Assembly (NCBI GenBank): GCA_024710005.1
Contig: JANJVQ010000018.1
Span: 82,764-146,763, forward strand
Direction of reading: 5' to 3'
DNA length: 64,000 bases
Source of the DNA: Paludibacter sp.
GTDB taxonomy: Bacteria; Bacteroidota; Bacteroidia; Bacteroidales; Paludibacteraceae
The notes beneath the pieces were generated by a model that worked only from the letters and a program-made list of their open reading frames with translations, was not told where the DNA came from and ran no database searches. This document shows positions 26,663 to 36,123 of the stretch, piece after piece (within the stretch, counting starts at the first letter, position 1; every line of letters begins with the position of its first letter). The translations under genes were made by a program, and so were the position numbers.

Positions 26663-28156
26663 TTATTCTACTTTGATAGATCTGATACGACGATTATCGC
26701 GGTCAGCTATATAAAAGGTATTGATTTCATCGTCGTAGATGATACCGAAAGGTCCATCAAACTGAGCATCACGCAAAGCGCCGTCGGAATATCCGGGATT
26801 CTCGGGACGACCGGCATAAGTTGATACCTGTCCCTGAGGTGTCACCTTACGGATACAGTTATTTTCACCATCACATACATAGAAATTATCAAATTTATCG
26901 AAGGCGCCTTGTTGAGGTTGATTGAATAGCGTATTTCCAACCCCTACACCATCCTTAAAGCCGGCTCTTTTCTGACTACCCACAAAAGGTTGCGGTCGTT
27001 CAAATGCCTTCTTTTCGAAATTATATTCCATTTTGGCTATGTAGTGCTGATTTTTACTAACAATATACGCGAAACTTCCGCTGGGAGCAATCTGGATATT
27101 AAATTCCCAGTTATTATCCTGTACCAGAAAGAAAAAATTCACACCCTCTTTTCCGTCTTCATTTAACTTATCTGCACTTGGTCCCCCGTAACGCCAGGTC
27201 AATGCATCGCGTTTGAATACTTTATAAACCTGCGATTTTTCATACGAGTTAAACCAATAATCTCCGGATATGGGATGAATGGCACCTCCATTACATTGCT
27301 TATGATGCATCACAACGCGCCAGGGAACTGATATTCCGGGTTTCCCGAAACGACGTGTAACGGAATCGCGTGGAATAACGATTGTCCCTATATCCCCCCA
27401 GCCACCGGCGTCGTTGGCAATAATCATGGTATCTCTTATGTAAGCAGAGTTATTGGGGTCATTGAGCGTGAACGCAATTGTTCTGGGTCGGCCTACCCCG
27501 TTACCGGTACGGAAAACAGTGGACACTTCTTTGTTGTACATATCAATGAAGCGCACCCCATTGTTTTCTTCGATCAAATAAATATTTTTCTTCACCTTTC
27601 CATTTGAATCTTTCGGTCCGTCAACATCGGTATCGAATGCCATCCAGAAAGGACTTTGGAACTGGGCCTTTTCAAATGTTCCATCCACAATGGCCGTGTT
27701 GCCATCCTGATCAGTAAATCCCAGAAAAGTGGAAACGTTCTTTGTGAAAGTGTAAATTAATTTTTTTTCGGAAGTTACAGCTGTATTTCCAACTACAACT
27801 CTTACCGGAGCTTCAATTTCCTCTCCTTCCTCCCTGAAATCGTTTCCTCTTAATGAAGGTACGATACAATAAATGAGCGTTCCCCCGGGGTTTACACCAA
27901 TCACCGCGGCTTTCAGGTTGTTAATATAGACAGCGATGCTATCCTTATTGCCCCCGAAATTCTCACCTTTGATTAGCATTTGGGTAGCTACACGCCCGCT
28001 ATCAGGAGAGAACGACGTAATCGTAACTGGTCTTAATGGATCATGATCGATGATTTTTATTATTTCCGGCTCAACACAAGATGTGAAGTAAGCCAAAAAA
28101 AACAACAAAGACATCATTGACATCATCCTAAGCAATGATTTGTACGTGTTTTTCAT
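26663..28156 (-). CDS. IPT/TIG + NHL-repeat (beta-propeller) lipoprotein, probable surface glycan-binding protein
   Basis: Lipobox YFTSC; ITSFSPDSG...IKGENFG (IPT); DGTFEKAQF, FYVCDGENNCIRKV, FYIADRDNRRIR (NHL). Confidence 0.85.
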   Translation of the reverse strand: MKNTYKSLLRMMSMMSLLFFLAYFTSCVEPEIIKIIDHDPLRPVTITSFSPDSGRVATQMLIKGENFGGNKDSIAVYINNLKAAVIGVNPGGTLIYCIVPSLRGNDFREEGEEIEAPVRVVVGNTAVTSEKKLIYTFTKNVSTFLGFTDQDGNTAIVDGTFEKAQFQSPFWMAFDTDVDGPKDSNGKVKKNIYLIEENNGVRFIDMYNKEVSTVFRTGNGVGRPRTIAFTLNDPNNSAYIRDTMIIANDAGGWGDIGTIVIPRDSVTRRFGKPGISVPWRVVMHHKQCNGGAIHPISGDYWFNSYEKSQVYKVFKRDALTWRYGGPSADKLNEDGKEGVNFFFLVQDNNWEFNIQIAPSGSFAYIVSKNQHYIAKMEYNFEKKAFERPQPFVGSQKRAGFKDGVGVGNTLFNQPQQGAFDKFDNFYVCDGENNCIRKVTPQGQVSTYAGRPENPGYSDGALRDAQFDGPFGIIYDDEINTFYIADRDNRRIRSIKVE

Positions 28157-28206
28157 CTTTTTGTGTTTTGTAATATTAATTTAATGGTTCATTTATTTTT
28201 TTTCTT

Positions 28207-28259
28207 ACCATATAAGACATATAAGTTTTTTTTTTTACTACTTATATGACTTATATGGT
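28207..28259. repeat. Short CATATAAG-family palindrome (REP-like)
   Basis: ACCATATAAGACATATAAG, T11-ACTA loop, CTTATATGACTTATATGGT; 18/19 paired; same units as the 49851-50005 element. Confidence 0.8.
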
Positions 28260-28265
28260 TATATA

Positions 28266-30821
28266 TTATTTATTCAGTTTATCAAATAACATTTTCATAT
28301 AATAGCCTCCAACTACTGAGCGCGCCTTGAAATTTTGCATTTTCCCGTCGTTGGTATCGTGAAAATCACTGATGGGCACCCTGCTTTCCGTTTCGTTTGC
28401 ATAACGATACACTGGTGTAACAAACTGTTGGAAAGTGTTGTTATCAGGAGCCAGACAGGCTGTCCACAAAATCCAGTCTGATTTGGTGTAATCTTTTCTT
28501 GAATCCAGCGGAAGGCCATATTTATGCTCGGCCTGGCGCTTCAGGTAAAATGGGATTTCCTTTTCAGCAATCCCTTCAGGGAAGATATTCATATCAAACA
28601 ACTTATCCCATACGAGATTGTATTTTTGACTCCAGCTTCCAGGTCTGTCAAAGGCAAGCTTATAATGGTCACCATCGTCGGCCATCTTTACCCAGGCTTT
28701 AGCCATTTCTTTAGCTTCGCTGATATACCGTTTCGCGATTTCTGTTTCGCCAAGCATCTCAGCCATTTTGCCATAACCGGCAACTCCCAGTATGGCTTTA
28801 ATCGACAGATTGGCATTGTGGGCTAAATGTCCGGCAAAGTCATCTGTACACAATTGATTCTCGGGATCAAGTCCTTTTTCTAACAAGAAGTTAGCCCAGG
28901 TAGTAAGTGTATTCCAGTGTTTTTTAGCATAATCGGCATTCCCTTCTACTACCGAAATAGCCGTAACAAGTAAAATCATATTACCCGCCTCTTCCACAGG
29001 CATGTCTTCTCCGTAATTCTGTCCGTTCGCCCTCGGGTAATGTCCCAGATCGTGTGCAGGATAAGGTTTATTCCACCTTCCGCTTTCACTATAATAAAAT
29101 ATGCCGGTCAACATACCTTTCAGCAAATCGGGATTATAATAAAGGAATAAAGGAGCCGAAGGATAAGTTACATCTACGGTATTGATAAAACCTCCGCTAT
29201 GATTTTCTTTTGACAGAAACAGCAGATTTCCCTGTTTGTCGGTAATTAGTTTATGGGCCGCAACTGCCTGACGATAAGTAAGTGCACATAATGCGGCATA
29301 TTCATCCCCACCTGTTTTGCGGGCAACTTCAATAAGATTGCTGTCGAAAGCACGGCATTTTTCCATTAAGGACTTATAATCAGTTGCCGCGCGCTCAAAC
29401 GCCTGGATTATATCCACTTTCCCATCGTGCTTCCAGTAAGCCATGCGGCGTTCGAAGAAATATTCAATGGCATATACATCATCGTAACCAATCATCAGAT
29501 ATCCGTCTTTGCCTTCTTTTCCAACATTTCCAAGTTGTTGAGAATAGGCCAAAACCGGTATTTCTTTATCCAGATCGGAACGAAGAGGTGCTGTTGGTTT
29601 ACCGGAGAGTAACTTTCCTGTTTCGATGAATGCATTTTTCATCCCGAAATAATCTCCGATATTCAGCATTGTATTTACCCCGTTGCCGGAAGTAAGATAG
29701 GCATACCCCCAATCGATGCGTACCCCGTCGCTCGCACGGATGGTATACGGTTGATCTATCGTTCCTGTTTTCAGGTAAGCTTTACCATTCTTTACAATAT
29801 ATTCGGAAACCACGTTTTGCGAGAGGTCGTTTACCGCCAGCTGTGGTGTTGTTTCAAAATATATCTGTACATCATGCTCTTTTTTATCGGTGGAACGCAC
29901 CCTGTATGAAATATAATTGATGGGAGTTGATACCAAATCCAGATCTTCAGGCAATAAGGGAGCGGTAAAAACCACATCCAGTTCAACCGGTCCGCAGGCA
30001 AAGGTATAAAAGGTCTGAGTGGGTAGCACCTGTACGGACTTCTGAATAGCGTTGCTATCAAAACCTTTTTGGTCTTTTCTTTTATAGAGATTAAAATCCA
30101 CATAAGCTCCGCCCGTTTGATTCTGGCAATGGGCAGCAATTACATTTTTGCCTTTTTTTAGTTTTTTACGTTGTGCTTCGCTAAGAACCAGCTCTACATC
30201 GTTTTTCCATGAATAATCGGTTTTCACCAGACGTTCGCCATTCAGATACAATTCAAAAATGTCATCGTGGGAATACATCAAAACGAGCTGTTCGCGGCTC
30301 AGGTCATCATCAATATTAAAAGTGCGGCGAACCCATATATTTTTAGTATTCCAACGGGTCTTTACCCTGGGCATGTCTGAAGTACCAAAAGCAGCCTCTC
30401 CTTTTCTCCACTGGCTATCATCGAAGCTCACGCTATTCCAGTCTCCTGCGGGCTTGTCAAATGTATAGGATGCTGTCCAGTACTTTCCATCTTCAGCCGG
30501 GATAACCGACTGCAACGCAGGTTTATCCTTCCCCATAAAGCGATAAGTTTTTCCGTCTACCCGTAAAGCTCCTATAATAGGATGATCGGTACCGGTCCAA
30601 TGCTGAGAATTTCCCTGATAAAGATGGTCGAAAGGTGACCAGATTGATAAATTAGGATCTGAGAGTATCAGTGGTACTGCCGGTGCACGCAGTGTGAATT
30701 CATGAGCGGGTTTGTAATAATCAATTGGATTTGTGAGCTTACTTTCGGCATAGGATATTTTAAGCGCCGAAATCATTAATACAATAGTAACTAAATCTCG
30801 TGTTAATTTCATGTTCTTCAT
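28266..30821 (-). CDS. 'Glutaminase A-like' DUF4965-type protein, paralogue 2 (cleavable signal peptide)
   Basis: LRAPAVPLI, SKENHSGGFINTVDVTYP, MPVEEAGNMIL, QLCTDDFAGH, WSQKYNLVWD, FKARSVVGG. Confidence 0.85.
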   Translation of the reverse strand: MKNMKLTRDLVTIVLMISALKISYAESKLTNPIDYYKPAHEFTLRAPAVPLILSDPNLSIWSPFDHLYQGNSQHWTGTDHPIIGALRVDGKTYRFMGKDKPALQSVIPAEDGKYWTASYTFDKPAGDWNSVSFDDSQWRKGEAAFGTSDMPRVKTRWNTKNIWVRRTFNIDDDLSREQLVLMYSHDDIFELYLNGERLVKTDYSWKNDVELVLSEAQRKKLKKGKNVIAAHCQNQTGGAYVDFNLYKRKDQKGFDSNAIQKSVQVLPTQTFYTFACGPVELDVVFTAPLLPEDLDLVSTPINYISYRVRSTDKKEHDVQIYFETTPQLAVNDLSQNVVSEYIVKNGKAYLKTGTIDQPYTIRASDGVRIDWGYAYLTSGNGVNTMLNIGDYFGMKNAFIETGKLLSGKPTAPLRSDLDKEIPVLAYSQQLGNVGKEGKDGYLMIGYDDVYAIEYFFERRMAYWKHDGKVDIIQAFERAATDYKSLMEKCRAFDSNLIEVARKTGGDEYAALCALTYRQAVAAHKLITDKQGNLLFLSKENHSGGFINTVDVTYPSAPLFLYYNPDLLKGMLTGIFYYSESGRWNKPYPAHDLGHYPRANGQNYGEDMPVEEAGNMILLVTAISVVEGNADYAKKHWNTLTTWANFLLEKGLDPENQLCTDDFAGHLAHNANLSIKAILGVAGYGKMAEMLGETEIAKRYISEAKEMAKAWVKMADDGDHYKLAFDRPGSWSQKYNLVWDKLFDMNIFPEGIAEKEIPFYLKRQAEHKYGLPLDSRKDYTKSDWILWTACLAPDNNTFQQFVTPVYRYANETESRVPISDFHDTNDGKMQNFKARSVVGGYYMKMLFDKLNK

Positions 30822-30873
30822 TTCATCAGTCTATTAGCGTAATTTAAAGTCAGGTCAAAAGTAGAAAACGATT

Positions 30874-30914
30874 GATTATTTATTGGGTTACAAAGAGGGT
30901 TACAAAGCAAAAAA
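30874..30914 (-). promoter_or_regulatory. Candidate operator/promoter: G(A/G)TTA at 30874, 30886, 30898, ending GGTTACAAAGCAAAAAA
   Basis: Matches the 2066-2106 site; upstream of the main PUL operon. Confidence 0.6.
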
Positions 30915-31090
30915 TGCAGTAATTTGAGTCAAAATATCAGCGCAACAACCCTTAGTCTGTTTTAACAGCAATACTGATTAAAACAAATTTCTCAGAATTA
31001 TTCAACTGAAAATCAAAAGTGTAATTAAAAAAGAAAGCCTGACTCAAAGAAGCAAAATCAACTTAGCAGGGAAGCGGCAAATATAATCAT

Positions 31091-33631
31091 CTATTCCTTC
31101 CCTGATTGCATCTCTCCGCCTTTGTATTCCTCACCCGTCAGCATTTTATGGGTTCGTTTGTAGTTTTTCAGGAAAGATTTGGCTTCTTCTTTTTTGCCCA
31201 GTTTCTGGTAGGATTTCATACAAATATCCAGGATCTCCTGATTCAGTGCATCTATTGCAAAATAAACAGAAGATAAAAGAATTATTTTTTGATATTGCTT
31301 ATCTGTATACAAATATATCATGTAATCTTTGAGCAATTGTCCCAGTTTCTCTTCCTCTTTTGCCTTGTAATTGTCAACTCCGGAATCCTGTACACTTAGC
31401 AGGAAAGCTCCATTCCTGACAACTGCCACAAGTTGCTCCATACATGTCAGGTAAGACTCTTGTCCCGAAACCTGTTGTAACTGATGCAATACTGACGAAT
31501 ACTCCAGATAATCACAATAAAAAGGTTGCTCAAAAATAAAAAACCACTGATGATTCTGATGAACAAGTGATATTCCTTCAATATCTTCAAGAATATTTCT
31601 TAATCTATTGATGGTAACCCCGCGAATATTCTTGGCTCCGTTTACATCCTTATCCGGCCACAATGTCAGGGTCAGATTTTCGGTAGTGATCCCTGCCTCT
31701 CCATTCGTATTTAAGAGCACAAGTGAAAACAAAGCCCTCAGCTTCATACTGAAACGATAACTGATATCCATTCCTTTTTTGTCGAAAACAGTAAAATTCC
31801 CAAAAACATATACTGCCGACTGCTTTTGTATTTTTCTGTCGTATTCTTCTCCGGGTTGCTTTTGCAAAACATCAGACTGTGCTTTCTTAATGAATGCAGC
31901 TTTTCTTTTCAGATGTAAATATCTGATTAAATATACTCCACCACCGAGCATGAACACCGTGGCAACGATTAAGAATACCCACCAATAGGACCTTTGCGAA
32001 CGAATGGCACGTTCCAGGTAGGATTTTGTGACCGGTGGTGACATCAACGCATATATCTGAATGTTATTCTCTTTATTTTTATCTGAGAATTCACGAACAA
32101 CGGCATAAAACTCATTCATTTGTTTATTAAAAAACAGATTGACCGAGGTATTCATATCCTCTGACGTAAAATTGATGGAATCACTCATAATTTCATACGA
32201 TCCATCCTGAATATCAAAACAATAGAGGTATCCGGTTGTTCTCGGCATGTGGTGCGCATAACACAGGGCATAAAAACTCTTTTTATCCTTACTCAGAATC
32301 AGATTGCTCCCCGGAACAAATTCCATTTTAGGCAACTCTTTAAAACGCCACAAACGGGAAATTGTTTTTTTACTTATATTCAGTACATGCAGGTCATACA
32401 AATTACGTCCGCCATGTTCTTGTCGTCCTGTTTCATTCCCAAAACCACCAAAAAGCAATTTCTCATCCGGATTGACACCATCCCCTACCGCTGAATAATA
32501 ACGCGGTGTTATCCTGTCCCCGCTAAAATCTACAAACTCCCATTGCTGTTTTTCAGTATCATAACGCGAGACTTTCCCCGAATAGGCGTGATTTGCATAG
32601 CCACCGAATTGGTATATCTCTCCTGCTGCTGAAAAGAAAATGTTATGGTGGAGATAATTTCTTTGATCTGCATTACCCATGAAAGCAAATGCAAGATTCT
32701 CCTGCTTCTCTTCAGACCTTGATGTCCACTTGGGATTAAATATATAACATTGCTGTAAATACGGGTCAAAGACAGCATCAGTAATCCTGAAATCTGCTGG
32801 TAAAGCACCAAAGTTGTGTTGTTCCGTCTGATCAAAACGGGGGTAATAACTCACAATCGCTTGATTATTGATTATCAATATCCGGTTATTTTGTTCATCA
32901 TACGTAACACTTGCATCATTCTTCACCTTGAATCCGGATTTTTTCTCCCAATAATAATGCTTGTTGATAATCCACCCCGGGTTCTTTACGCGTGCTTTGG
33001 CCTTTGATATTTTATCGTAAGCAATTTCTCCTTCCGGTTCTTCCAGCGGGAAATAGAAAGATTTTCCCTTTTCGGATTGTATGCGCAGATTCCGTATCAA
33101 CATCTGCGGAACATCCAGATTCAGCCCATATAATCCAAATGCAAACTGGAGAAATGATGGGTCCTCAAGTCCAACCGGAGAACAGGTATATGCTGTATCC
33201 CTTAACTTAATGGTAACCTTATCATTCTTTAAATCAAATTTCATATCGAAATGTAAGGTAACCTTTTTATCGATATCTTCTTTGGTGATGGGAATCTTGA
33301 CCGACTCATGTGTTATCGGACTGTGAAAATCGAGATACATATTGTCAGTCCCGTAGAAATTAACAAATACAAATTCAACTTCCTGTCTTTTCTTGTTTAT
33401 CACGCGGAAAATATGGCCAAACTGACTGATATCCCATATTGACAAATCGAAGCTGACATTAAACGTGTCTTCAAACTTCTGAAGCTTATCGCCAAAAAGA
33501 ACAAGCGAAGTCCTTCTATCTACTTTCTCTTTGCTTGAAGTAAATAAAAGTCCACCCGTCGACTCTTCAGCATAAGCATTAAAAGAGCAAATACAGCAGG
33601 TTATAATAAACAGTTTTTTTATCAATTGCAT
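31091..33631 (-). CDS. Membrane-spanning one-component PUL regulator (periplasmic propeller sensor, TM helix, cytoplasmic wHTH/SARP-like domain)
   Basis: Signal peptide; kelch-like YQFGGY, LLFGGFGNE; TM WWVFLIVATVFMLGGGVYLI; cytoplasmic VFGNFTVFD...KLRALFSLVLL...TLTLWPDKD...RGVTINRLRNIL. Confidence 0.8.
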   Translation of the reverse strand: MQLIKKLFIITCCICSFNAYAEESTGGLLFTSSKEKVDRRTSLVLFGDKLQKFEDTFNVSFDLSIWDISQFGHIFRVINKKRQEVEFVFVNFYGTDNMYLDFHSPITHESVKIPITKEDIDKKVTLHFDMKFDLKNDKVTIKLRDTAYTCSPVGLEDPSFLQFAFGLYGLNLDVPQMLIRNLRIQSEKGKSFYFPLEEPEGEIAYDKISKAKARVKNPGWIINKHYYWEKKSGFKVKNDASVTYDEQNNRILIINNQAIVSYYPRFDQTEQHNFGALPADFRITDAVFDPYLQQCYIFNPKWTSRSEEKQENLAFAFMGNADQRNYLHHNIFFSAAGEIYQFGGYANHAYSGKVSRYDTEKQQWEFVDFSGDRITPRYYSAVGDGVNPDEKLLFGGFGNETGRQEHGGRNLYDLHVLNISKKTISRLWRFKELPKMEFVPGSNLILSKDKKSFYALCYAHHMPRTTGYLYCFDIQDGSYEIMSDSINFTSEDMNTSVNLFFNKQMNEFYAVVREFSDKNKENNIQIYALMSPPVTKSYLERAIRSQRSYWWVFLIVATVFMLGGGVYLIRYLHLKRKAAFIKKAQSDVLQKQPGEEYDRKIQKQSAVYVFGNFTVFDKKGMDISYRFSMKLRALFSLVLLNTNGEAGITTENLTLTLWPDKDVNGAKNIRGVTINRLRNILEDIEGISLVHQNHQWFFIFEQPFYCDYLEYSSVLHQLQQVSGQESYLTCMEQLVAVVRNGAFLLSVQDSGVDNYKAKEEEKLGQLLKDYMIYLYTDKQYQKIILLSSVYFAIDALNQEILDICMKSYQKLGKKEEAKSFLKNYKRTHKMLTGEEYKGGEMQSGKE

Positions 33632-33633
33632 GA

Positions 33634-36123
33634 TTAATTTGATTGAGAAATCAACTTATCTTCCATCATTTTAATAAAATATCCACCGAGTACCGATCTC
33701 GCACGAAACGCCACGTGTTCTGGTTTGTCGGTCCAGTACCAGTCTGACATAGGAATGCGGTCGGTAGTTTCATTCACAAAGCGGTATAACGGACTTATCA
33801 ATTGTTGAAAATCGGATTTACTCCTGGCCAGGGTTGCCGACCACACAATCCAATCCGCTTTCGTATATTGATGCCGGCTATCCAACGGTAAGCCATACTC
33901 ATTCTGCATCGTGAGATAATAGGCAATTTCTTTCTCTCTCACTTCGTGCGGAAAAACATTGATCTTCATAATTTTATCCCACACCAAATTGTATTTTTGA
34001 CTCCAGGTTCCGGGTTGGTCGAAAGCAAAACGGTAATGGTCGCCATCATCCGCTTTTTTTACCCATTCAAGTGCCATCTTTCGTGCCAATGCCGTATATT
34101 TCTGGGCAATATCATTCTTCCCGAGCATATCGGCTAATCGTCCATAGCAGGCAATGCCCTGTATCGCTTTTATCGACAGGTTTGCATTATGAGCCGATCG
34201 TCCGGCAAACACATCGGTATTCTCCTGATAATCCGGATCAAAACCTTTTTTTGCCAAGAAATCAGCCCATTGTGAAAGGGTGTTCCAATGTTGCTCGGCA
34301 TATCGGGCATCCCCTTCCATCGTTGCTATTGCAGTTGTGAGGATGAGCATATTACCCGACTCTTCCACCGGCAGATAAGTAGATGTAACCTGACCGTTCG
34401 CTATCGGGTAAATACCTATATCATGTGGTGCAAACGGATGACCCCATTTACCACTTTCTACATAGTAGAAAATAGGATTCAACATTCCTTTCATCAGATC
34501 AACATTATATAGCAGGAACAAAGGCGCAGAGGGATAGGACACATCAACGGTTGCAATGGAGCCACTGCTATAGTTCTCCTTGGAAAGAAAAAGCAAATCT
34601 CCGTTAGGGGCTTTCAATAACTTATGGGCTGATACAGATTGCCGGTATGCCAAAGCACACAGTTCAGCATACTCCACGCCTCCGGAGCGTATAGCCTCCT
34701 TCATTAGCGTATTATCAAATTTATCGCAGGCCTTTTTTAATTTTTCATACTCATTGGCCGCAACAGGGAAAATATCATATATGGTTTTGTCTCCGTTTTT
34801 ATTCCAGTATGGACGAAGATTCTCTCCAAAATACTGGATTGAATATATATCATCATAACCCAGCATAAAATATCCGCTGACCGATTTCTTAACTTTTCCC
34901 AATGTACGGGAAAATGCCAGTCTGTTCTGCTCATCAGGTGAAGCCGGATTTTTTTTAGATACAGTCCCTGAATTGATAAAATCTTCACGCATCGAAAAAC
35001 TATTTCCAACTCCTGCACGTGTATTTTCTTTTTCTGCACACAGATAGAAATACCCCCAGTCAATACGTACATCATCCCCTTTTTTACCCAGAATTTGCTG
35101 ATTCTTGCTTCCGGTTTTCAGATATAATAAATTATTCTTCTCAAATGTTTCACTGACACTTGCCTGATTAAACATATTTAACGCCCAGGCAGTGCCCGCT
35201 TCCAGATATATATCCACCGAGTGGGACTGTGAATCGTTAGACTCTATAGTATAGGTTATGTAATTAACCGGTCGCGACAACAACTCCAAATCATTCATCA
35301 GCAATGGAGCTGTAAATGTTAACTCCAGATTGACCGGACCACAGGTGAAATTATAAATGGTTTGCGTCGGTAGTGCCTCAACCGAATTTTGTACAGCTGT
35401 CTCTGTAAAACTGGGCTTATTATAAACTTCCACGCTGAGTCCGAAATCCAGATAAGCATAACCTCCCCTGTTCCTGCAATAGGCTGCAATAACATTTTTC
35501 CCCTCCTGTAACGACAACAGGGCTTCTCCCTGCAATTCATGGAGGGCATTATCCTGACATCTGCCCGAGACATCAACAACCTCTTTTCCATTAATATAAA
35601 TTACAACATCGTCATCGTGTGAGTACTCAAGAAACACTTTCTGCTCCGACAAATCTTCTTCCAGTATAAACTCCCTTCTAACCCAAATGTGTTCAGTCTC
35701 CCATGCTGTGCTGATTTCAAAATTATCACGCATACCGAATACTGCCTTACCCTGTTGCCATTTTTCATCATTATAGTCTTTAGCCATCCAGTTATTTCCC
35801 GGACTTTCTGTGACATAGCGGGCTAACCAGGCCTCGCTCTCACCCATTTGTTGCACCGGTTTCAGCAGGTTGTTTTCAACACCCATAAAACGATATACTT
35901 TCCCATCAACCCGAACGGCGCCCAACAAGGGAAATTCTTTCCCTGTCCAGTGCGATGGCTGATGTTGATATAAGGTATCACCAAACAACCAGGCATTCGT
36001 ATATGTATCGATGTTGATTAATGGATATGCCGGCGCTCTTAACCGGCTTGAAATGCGGGATTCATTTTTTTCTGTACATGCGCAGACAATTAGAATCGAC
36101 AAAAGAAAAATAAGCTTTTTCAT
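33634..36123 (-). CDS. 'Glutaminase A-like' DUF4965-type lipoprotein, paralogue 3
   Basis: Start moved to MKKLIF (36123); lipobox IVCAC; LRAPAYPLI, SKENYSSG, LPVEESGNMLI, WSQKYNLVWD, FRARSVLGG. Confidence 0.85.
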   Translation of the reverse strand: MKKLIFLLSILIVCACTEKNESRISSRLRAPAYPLINIDTYTNAWLFGDTLYQHQPSHWTGKEFPLLGAVRVDGKVYRFMGVENNLLKPVQQMGESEAWLARYVTESPGNNWMAKDYNDEKWQQGKAVFGMRDNFEISTAWETEHIWVRREFILEEDLSEQKVFLEYSHDDDVVIYINGKEVVDVSGRCQDNALHELQGEALLSLQEGKNVIAAYCRNRGGYAYLDFGLSVEVYNKPSFTETAVQNSVEALPTQTIYNFTCGPVNLELTFTAPLLMNDLELLSRPVNYITYTIESNDSQSHSVDIYLEAGTAWALNMFNQASVSETFEKNNLLYLKTGSKNQQILGKKGDDVRIDWGYFYLCAEKENTRAGVGNSFSMREDFINSGTVSKKNPASPDEQNRLAFSRTLGKVKKSVSGYFMLGYDDIYSIQYFGENLRPYWNKNGDKTIYDIFPVAANEYEKLKKACDKFDNTLMKEAIRSGGVEYAELCALAYRQSVSAHKLLKAPNGDLLFLSKENYSSGSIATVDVSYPSAPLFLLYNVDLMKGMLNPIFYYVESGKWGHPFAPHDIGIYPIANGQVTSTYLPVEESGNMLILTTAIATMEGDARYAEQHWNTLSQWADFLAKKGFDPDYQENTDVFAGRSAHNANLSIKAIQGIACYGRLADMLGKNDIAQKYTALARKMALEWVKKADDGDHYRFAFDQPGTWSQKYNLVWDKIMKINVFPHEVREKEIAYYLTMQNEYGLPLDSRHQYTKADWIVWSATLARSKSDFQQLISPLYRFVNETTDRIPMSDWYWTDKPEHVAFRARSVLGGYFIKMMEDKLISQSN

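Noticed and set aside
28207-28260. CRISPR-like appearance of the CATATAAG and heptamer repeats
   Set aside because: No repeat-spacer periodicity and no cas genes; these are inverted or tandem repeats.
337-35816. Many short ORFs antisense to or overlapping the PUL genes (e.g. 15413-16036, 16049-16627, 11536-12084, 4033-4590)
   Set aside because: They are shadows of long, motif-rich genes and show no recognisable motifs.
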